This document shows positions 34,584 through 40,000 of a DNA stretch of 40,000 nt, piece after piece. Position 1 is the stretch's first letter. Each line of letters begins with the position of its first letter. The stretch comes from Pseudomonas fluorescens (GTDB lineage: Bacteria > Pseudomonadota > Gammaproteobacteria > Pseudomonadales > Pseudomonadaceae): positions 3,978,534 to 4,018,533 of the forward strand of contig NZ_CP148752.1 in assembly GCF_040448305.1 (NCBI RefSeq), read 5' to 3'. The notes under the pieces are model-generated. The model was not told the origin of the DNA, did not search any database, and saw nothing but the letters and a program-made list of their open reading frames with translations. Position numbers and translations under genes: made by a program.

Positions 34584-35249
34584 ATGCCAATCCAAGTCCA
34601 GTTAGTCGCTCTACCGCTCGTGGCCTGGGGCCTTGAGCGTCTGGTGGAAAGCGCTCAACCGAGGTTGATGCTGGCGGGCTCGGCGGCGTCGGTGGCGGAG
34701 TACCTGCTTTCACTGCACCCATACGCTCCAGATGTGGTGGTGCTGGACCTGGACAGCGAGGACTGTATCGAGTCACTGGCCGAATTGCACAGCCAGACCA
34801 AAGCCAAGATTCTGGTAGTGACAGGGTCGAGCGACGTGGCGCTGCATGACCGTGCGGTGCTGGCGGGCGCACGTGGCGTGGTGGATAAGCGGGAGTCGGC
34901 ATCCGCCTCGACATTGCTCAAGGCCATAGAAAAAGTGCATGACGGCGAACTCTGGATTGACCGCAATGCGACCAGCCGTATCTTCCTTGAACTGGCGCGC
35001 AAGAAAGTCGAGCGCGATATAGACCCGGAGCAGCAAAAAATCGCCAAACTGACGCGCCGCGAGCAGCAAACCATTGCATCGCTGGCCAGCGACCCCTCAG
35101 CCCCAGGCAAGTTGGTGGCCGAGAAACTGCACATCAGCGAGCACACGCTGCGCAACCATTTGACATCGATCTACAGCAAGCTGGGCCTGACGAACCGCGT
35201 AGATCTGTACGCCTACGCACACAAGTATGGGCTTTCCACAGGCGACTGA
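34584..35249 (+). CDS. NarL/FixJ (LuxR-HTH) response regulator with atypical receiver domain
   Basis: C-terminal LuxR HTH LTRREQQTIASLA…GKLVAEKLHISEHTLRNHLTSIYSKLGL. The receiver keeps the phospho-acceptor context VVVLDLD, T (ILVVTGS) and K (VVDKRE). The N-terminal acidic pair is replaced: VQLVALPLV versus the usual …DDHP…. Confidence 0.85.
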   Translation: MPIQVQLVALPLVAWGLERLVESAQPRLMLAGSAASVAEYLLSLHPYAPDVVVLDLDSEDCIESLAELHSQTKAKILVVTGSSDVALHDRAVLAGARGVVDKRESASASTLLKAIEKVHDGELWIDRNATSRIFLELARKKVERDIDPEQQKIAKLTRREQQTIASLASDPSAPGKLVAEKLHISEHTLRNHLTSIYSKLGLTNRVDLYAYAHKYGLSTGD

Positions 35250-35494
35250 GGACTGTGGCCATACGTGGTTCCACCTTGTCAAAAAACAGGTGTTGACTCC
35301 TCTGACAGCCTGCTGAAACCAGAGAGGAATTCGTAGGCGTCCGATGAGCCCGTGTCCAATGAGATTTCGGGCGCCCTGTTACAGGCTTTGTAGTGGCTAA
35401 ATCGTGATAAGCAGGTAAGTCGATCACTCCCAAGCGAGATGGGTGTTGTCCGGACCAGACTCACACATCCCGCAGCCCTGCCATACTGTTCAGC

Positions 35495-36235
35495 ATGACC
35501 AGTGCAACTTTCCGCTTCTTTGATGAGCTCAACGATTTCCTGCCGGCCGAACGGCGGCGGCAACCCTTCACCTGCCAGTGCGCGCAAGGGGCGACGGTCA
35601 AGCACATGATCGAGGCGCTCGGGGTGCCGCACACCGAGGTCGAACTGGTGCTGCTCAACGGTGAGTCGGTGGGCCTGGAGCGGGTGATCCTCGACAGTGA
35701 CCGGCTGGCGGTGTATCCCAAGTTCGAAGCGCTGGACATCAGCCCGCTGCTCAAGGTTCGTGCGCAACCTTTACGGGTGCTGCGTTTCGTCGCTGATGCG
35801 CACCTTGGCGGGCTGGCCAGCCTGCTGCGCATGAGCGGCTTCGACACCCTCTACGACAATGCCTTCGAGGATGGTGAGATCGCCGAGATCGCTGCGCAGC
35901 AAGGACGCATCGTGCTGACCCGCGACCGCGAACTGCTCAAGCGACGAATCATCAGCCACGGCTGTTATGTGCATGCCCTGAAACCGTCGCTGCAGCTGCG
36001 CGAATTGTACGAGCGCCTCGATCTGGCGCGTAGCGCACGGCCATTCAGCCTGTGCCTTCATTGCAACCTGCCACTGCACGAGATCAGCCTGGAACTGGCC
36101 CGGACGCAGGTGCCGCCACGCATTGGCGTCCTCTATTCACGCTTCCTGCGTTGCGACGCCTGCCAACGGGTTTACTGGGAGGGTTCGCACTGGCGCGGTA
36201 TGTGCGCATTGCTGGCACCGCTGCTGAACCGATAG
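35495..36235 (+). CDS. Mut7-C RNase-domain (PIN-like, DUF82) protein with N-terminal ubiquitin/ThiS-like domain and C-terminal zinc ribbon
   Basis: N-terminal FRFFDELNDFLP…ATVKHMIEALGVPHTEVELVLLNGESV, central RFVADAHLGGLASLLRMSGFD…IVLTRDRELLKR, and C-terminal CLHCN…CDACQRVYWEGSHW (CxxC…CxxC). Confidence 0.8.
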   Translation: MTSATFRFFDELNDFLPAERRRQPFTCQCAQGATVKHMIEALGVPHTEVELVLLNGESVGLERVILDSDRLAVYPKFEALDISPLLKVRAQPLRVLRFVADAHLGGLASLLRMSGFDTLYDNAFEDGEIAEIAAQQGRIVLTRDRELLKRRIISHGCYVHALKPSLQLRELYERLDLARSARPFSLCLHCNLPLHEISLELARTQVPPRIGVLYSRFLRCDACQRVYWEGSHWRGMCALLAPLLNR

Positions 36236-36343
36236 CCGCCAGCCCTTGGCGGACACAAAATAACAAAATTGCCATGTGCTCCCTTCGTTCCTTCTTGCGT
36301 CGCACTGTTCATTGCCCGTTCCCGTACGTCTGGAGTTTCCCCA

Positions 36344-38470
36344 ATGCCCTCGCCTGAATACTTGCCCGCTGCGCTGCTGGGCCTGGCCCTTGTTTGTCCG
36401 GCCATGACCGAGGCTCAGGGCCTGGAGCTGGGACAAGTGCTGATTGGCGCCGAGGACCAGAGCGACGAAGACCAGGGGATCGAGGACGCCAGGGCCCGGC
36501 TGGCCCAGGTTCCCGGCGGCACCAACCTGGTCGACATGCGCCGTCCGTTGCAGGGCCGCGTGGCCAGCAATCAGGATGTGCTGGCGTACCAGCCGGGGAT
36601 CTATGCGCAGTCGGCGGGCAACGAAGGGGTGAAGATCTCGATCCGCGGATCGGGCATCAACCGTGCACCGGGCGCCCATGCCTCGGGGCTGTACACCCTG
36701 CTCGACGGCCTGCCGCTGACCGGCCCCGGCGGCACGCCCTATGAATTGCTGGAACCACTGTGGCTCGACCATGTGGAGGTGCTACGCGGCGCCAATGGGT
36801 TCGACCGGGGCGCTCTGGCCCTGGGCGGGGCCATCGATTACGTCAGCCATACCGGCTACGACGCACCGAAGTTGCAGGTACGTTACGCAACGGGCAGTCA
36901 CGGCTATCAGCAGCGCCAGATCAGTTCAGGGCAAGTGCTCGGCGCCTTCGATTACTACGTGGCCATGACCGATGCCGACGCCGACGGCTACCAGGACCAC
37001 ACGGCCAGCGAGAGCCAGGGTGTCATCGCCAACTTCGGTTATCGCTTCAACGCCAACCTGGAAACACGCTTCTACCTGCGCCACCGCCAGACCGACAACG
37101 ACCTCGCGGGACGGGTGACCAAGCACTCCATCGAGCATGACCCACGGGCGGCCAACCCGGCCTACGTGGCGCGGGACGACCGCCGCGACGAGCCGGGCAG
37201 CACCTTTATCGGCAACAAGACCACCTGGTACATCGATGACGATTCGAGCATCCAGACCGGCCTTGTCTACCACGACTATCCCATGGACTTGAGCGAGGGT
37301 CCCAACCGCCTGAAGGTGGCATACACCGACGTCAGCGGCACGTTCGACTACAAGCGTCGCGACACGCTTTGGGGGCTGGAAAGCCGAAGCACCCTGGGCC
37401 TGCGAGTGACCAAACACCTGCCCAATGCCGGCGCCAGTGAGTTCGTGCGCATCCCCACCGGCAACACCGCCGGTTATGCACCGGGCACACTGATTCGCAA
37501 CTTCACCTACCAGGGCTCGGACACGGTTCTGCATGTCGGCAACGACCTGGAGATCGCCGACGACCTGTGGCTGACCACCGGCCTCGCCGCGATCTACACC
37601 CGCCGCGAAAGCGATGTCACCTACCCGCAAGAAGGTGGCAAGACCAGCCTGCACGACTGGGACTACGCCCCGCGCGTGGGCCTGCGCTACCAACTGACAC
37701 CGGACCTGCAACTGTTCGGCAATCTCAGCCGCTCGGTCGAGGCGCCGCACCCATGGTCGCTAATCTATAGCTCGAACATCCGATTCCCCGCAGGCAGCGG
37801 CGTCGCCACGGGCGCCCAGCGCCAACCAATCACGCTGCAAAACCAGACCGCCACTACCCTGGAAATCGGCGGCCGCGGTGACAGCACGCTGGGGCAGTGG
37901 AGCCTGGCCTGGTACTACGCCCAGGTGCGCCACGAACTGCTTTCGGTGCTGCCCGACGCCAACGCCACCACGCCCTACGAGCTCAACGCCAGCCCCACCG
38001 TGCACCAGGGCGTGGAAGCCAGCCTGCTGAGCCCCCTCTGGTCGCCGGAGGATGGCGGCCAATTGAGCCTGCGCCAGAGCTATACCTTCAGTGACTTCCA
38101 CTACCGCGACGATGAGCGCTTCGGCGACAACCGCCTGCCGGGCCTGCCGATGCACTATTACCAGGGCGAACTGCGCTACGACTGGCCACAAGGCTTTTTC
38201 GCCGCGGTCAACACGCAATGGGTGTCCAAAGTGGCGGTCGATTACGCCAACAGCTACTACGCCGATCCCTACGCCATATTCGGCGCCACACTGGGCTACA
38301 ACGCGCCCAAGGGTGACTGGCAGACCTGGCTGGACATGCGCAACCTGACCGACAAGCACTATGCCGCCACGGTCACGCCGGGCTACGACGACAAAGGGCT
38401 GGACGCGGCACGATCCACCCCAGGCGAGGGCATGGCGATGTACCTCGGGGTGTCGTGGAGCCTGCTCTGA
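36344..38470 (+). CDS. TonB-dependent outer-membrane receptor
   Basis: Signal peptide MPSPEYLPAALLGLALVCPAMTEAQG and plug motif VEVLRGANGFDRGALALGGAIDYVSH, followed by a long beta-barrel with a Tyr/Asp/Gly-rich strand pattern. ATG 36344 has GGAG 8 nt upstream. Track start 36269 is an extension. Confidence 0.85.
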   Translation: MPSPEYLPAALLGLALVCPAMTEAQGLELGQVLIGAEDQSDEDQGIEDARARLAQVPGGTNLVDMRRPLQGRVASNQDVLAYQPGIYAQSAGNEGVKISIRGSGINRAPGAHASGLYTLLDGLPLTGPGGTPYELLEPLWLDHVEVLRGANGFDRGALALGGAIDYVSHTGYDAPKLQVRYATGSHGYQQRQISSGQVLGAFDYYVAMTDADADGYQDHTASESQGVIANFGYRFNANLETRFYLRHRQTDNDLAGRVTKHSIEHDPRAANPAYVARDDRRDEPGSTFIGNKTTWYIDDDSSIQTGLVYHDYPMDLSEGPNRLKVAYTDVSGTFDYKRRDTLWGLESRSTLGLRVTKHLPNAGASEFVRIPTGNTAGYAPGTLIRNFTYQGSDTVLHVGNDLEIADDLWLTTGLAAIYTRRESDVTYPQEGGKTSLHDWDYAPRVGLRYQLTPDLQLFGNLSRSVEAPHPWSLIYSSNIRFPAGSGVATGAQRQPITLQNQTATTLEIGGRGDSTLGQWSLAWYYAQVRHELLSVLPDANATTPYELNASPTVHQGVEASLLSPLWSPEDGGQLSLRQSYTFSDFHYRDDERFGDNRLPGLPMHYYQGELRYDWPQGFFAAVNTQWVSKVAVDYANSYYADPYAIFGATLGYNAPKGDWQTWLDMRNLTDKHYAATVTPGYDDKGLDAARSTPGEGMAMYLGVSWSLL

Positions 38471-38521
38471 GGCCTGATTGACACACCGTACGTCATCCGG
38501 AATGAGCAGATCGATGCCGCC

Positions 38522-39352
38522 TCAGACCTCAAAGTCGGTGGACAGCGCCAATGCTTTCCACTCACTTAGTTCCGTCTCTACAAAACGGTTTTTCGCCTCG
38601 ATTCGCGCCAGGGTGTCGCTGCCCAGCGCCAGGCGTTGTGGCGGTTTCGGGGCGTTGACCAGTGCGAGCATCGCTTCGGCAAACTTCACCGGATCCCCAG
38701 GCTGCGCATGGTTGGCGCCTTCGGCGAACTGGCGCATCTTGCCGACGGTTTCCTCATAGTCCGGCAGTTCCAGGGCGGTCTTGATCAGCGACTGCTCGTC
38801 CAGGAAATCGGTGCGGAAGAACCCGGGCTCGACGACTGTCGCATGGATGCCCAAGGGCGCCAGTTCCTGATGCAGCGCTTCGGTAATGCCCTCCACCGCA
38901 AACTTGGTGGAACCGTAGACGCCCCAGCCCATGTAGGCCTGATAACCGCCAATCGACGAGATGTTGATGACGTGACCGCTACGCTGGCGACGCATGTGCG
39001 GCAGTACCGCGCGGGTGACGTTGAGCACGCCGAACACGTTGGTGGCGAACAGGCGTTCCGTCTCGCTGGCACTGGTTTCCTCCACCGCGCCGAGCACCCC
39101 GAAACCGGCATTGTTGATCAGCACGTCAATGCGCCCGAAACGCTTGATGCCTTCGGCGACCGCCTGATGCGCTTCTTCCTCGCGGGTGACGTCCAGCCGC
39201 ACGGCCAGCAGGTTTGGTTGATCACCCAGGCGATCGGTGATGTCTTGTGGATTGCGGGCGGTGGCAATGACCGCGTCGCCGGCACGCAGGGCGTGTTCTG
39301 CGATGAGGGTGCCAAAACCACGGGAAGCGCCAGTAATGAACCAGATACGCAT
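38522..39352 (-). CDS. SDR-family oxidoreductase (classical)
   Basis: MRIWFITGASRGFG cofactor motif, catalytic Ser…YGSTK. ATG 39352 has GGAGGAG upstream. Track start 39415 is an extension. Confidence 0.9.
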   Translation of the reverse strand: MRIWFITGASRGFGTLIAEHALRAGDAVIATARNPQDITDRLGDQPNLLAVRLDVTREEEAHQAVAEGIKRFGRIDVLINNAGFGVLGAVEETSASETERLFATNVFGVLNVTRAVLPHMRRQRSGHVINISSIGGYQAYMGWGVYGSTKFAVEGITEALHQELAPLGIHATVVEPGFFRTDFLDEQSLIKTALELPDYEETVGKMRQFAEGANHAQPGDPVKFAEAMLALVNAPKPPQRLALGSDTLARIEAKNRFVETELSEWKALALSTDFEV

Positions 39353-39482
39353 TTCAACTCCTCCTGTCAGCGACCCGAGCGTTATTGCCGGGCCTTCTCG
39401 ATGAGTTGATGCCACTTTAAGGCTGTGCTACTGATGTGATAATCCCAGCAATTTTGCATGACTTTGTGAAAGGCGCTCACAA

Positions 39483-40000
39483 ATGAAATCCCCCTCCACT
39501 GCTGACCTGTCGGTCTTCCTGTGCATCGCCCAGCACCTGAACTTCAGTCGTGCGGCGGTGGAACTGGGCCTCACGCCCTCGGCCTTGAGTCACTCATTGT
39601 GCGCCCTGGAGAATCGCCTGGGCGTACGCCTGTTCAACCGCACCACCCGCAGCGTGGCCTTGACTGACGCCGGGGAACGCCTTTACACCCGACTGAAACC
39701 GGCCTTCCGTGACATCGATGATGCGCTGGAAGACCTCAATAACTTTCGCGACAAGCCCTCAGGAAACCTGCGCATCACCGCAGGTCGACAGGCATGCGAG
39801 TTGGTGCTGCTGCCGATCGTCAGCCAGTTCTTGCAGGTGTATCCGGACATCCGGCTGGAGATCGTCGAGAGCGACGCACTGGTGGACGTGGTGGCCGGCG
39901 GCTTTGACGCGGGGGTACGCTTTGGCAACCGCCTGGAAGCCGACATGGTTTCACTGCCCATTGGGCCGAACATGCGTTCGGTGGTCGTGGGCTCACCGGC
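39483..40000 (+). CDS. LysR-family transcriptional regulator, N-terminal about 172 codons (runs off window end)
   Basis: Own translation from ATG 39483: MKSPSTADLSVFLCIAQHLNFSRAAVELGLTPSALSHSLCALENRLGVRLFNRTTRSVALTDAGERLY… This is a LysR HTH, divergent from the SDR gene. Absent from the track because there is no stop in the window. Confidence 0.88.
   Translation, partial: MKSPSTADLSVFLCIAQHLNFSRAAVELGLTPSALSHSLCALENRLGVRLFNRTTRSVALTDAGERLYTRLKPAFRDIDDALEDLNNFRDKPSGNLRITAGRQACELVLLPIVSQFLQVYPDIRLEIVESDALVDVVAGGFDAGVRFGNRLEADMVSLPIGPNMRSVVVGSP

Noticed and set aside
36236-36343. Fur box upstream of the TonB-dependent receptor
   Set aside because: The AT-rich stretch ACAAAATAACAAAATTGCCA does not convincingly match the GATAATGATAATCATTATC consensus by eye, so no call was made.
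1-40000. Evidence that the window is a mobile genomic island or prophage (integrase, tRNA attachment site, transposase, direct repeats at borders)
   Set aside because: None of these were recognised anywhere in the window. The compositional dips at 340-1126, 7200-7560, 22085-22467 and 25700-26700 look like ordinary promoter regions or small accessory genes.

Overview
GC-rich, Pseudomonas-like chromosomal window; the taxon is guessed only from codon style and gene content. All calls rest on reading the supplied ORF translations and the DNA by eye, with no searches run.

Left to right:
- 5' end of a SulP anion transporter (-).
- A visibly more AT-rich islet with two small unknown ORFs.
- An FAD oxidoreductase.
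- A 1411-aa DUF5801/T1SS-143-type repeat protein (+) carrying 3 x 462-bp tandem repeats.
- A 14.5-kb, 17-gene, translationally coupled + strand catabolic operon: NitT/TauT-type ABC importer, two SDRs (one lacking the YxxxK catalytic pair), cupin, alpha/beta hydrolase, an embedded IclR regulator, ThDP enzyme, aspartate-dehydrogenase-like protein, ALDH, two-domain extradiol-type VOC protein, two tiny unknown ORFs, class-IA Rieske oxygenase, RidA and a PDR-type reductase. A separately promoted porin gene follows.
- A qor-lysR pair (-), a minimal K+ channel and a truncated Usp remnant.
- A 2312-aa VCBS/cadherin/RTX giant adhesin (-) with 6 x 342-bp and 3 x 300-bp near-identical tandem repeats. A stand-alone PilZ gene precedes it, and an atypical LuxR-type response regulator diverges from it.
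- A Mut7-C RNase-domain protein, a TonB-dependent receptor and a divergent SDR/LysR pair.

No rRNA, tRNA, CRISPR array, transposase or integrase was recognised.

Best candidates for something undescribed:
1. The PilZ + non-LapG-type giant adhesin + DD-less response-regulator module.
2. The catabolic operon, which has no assignable substrate and an unusual ThDP / AspDH-like / RidA / extradiol combination.
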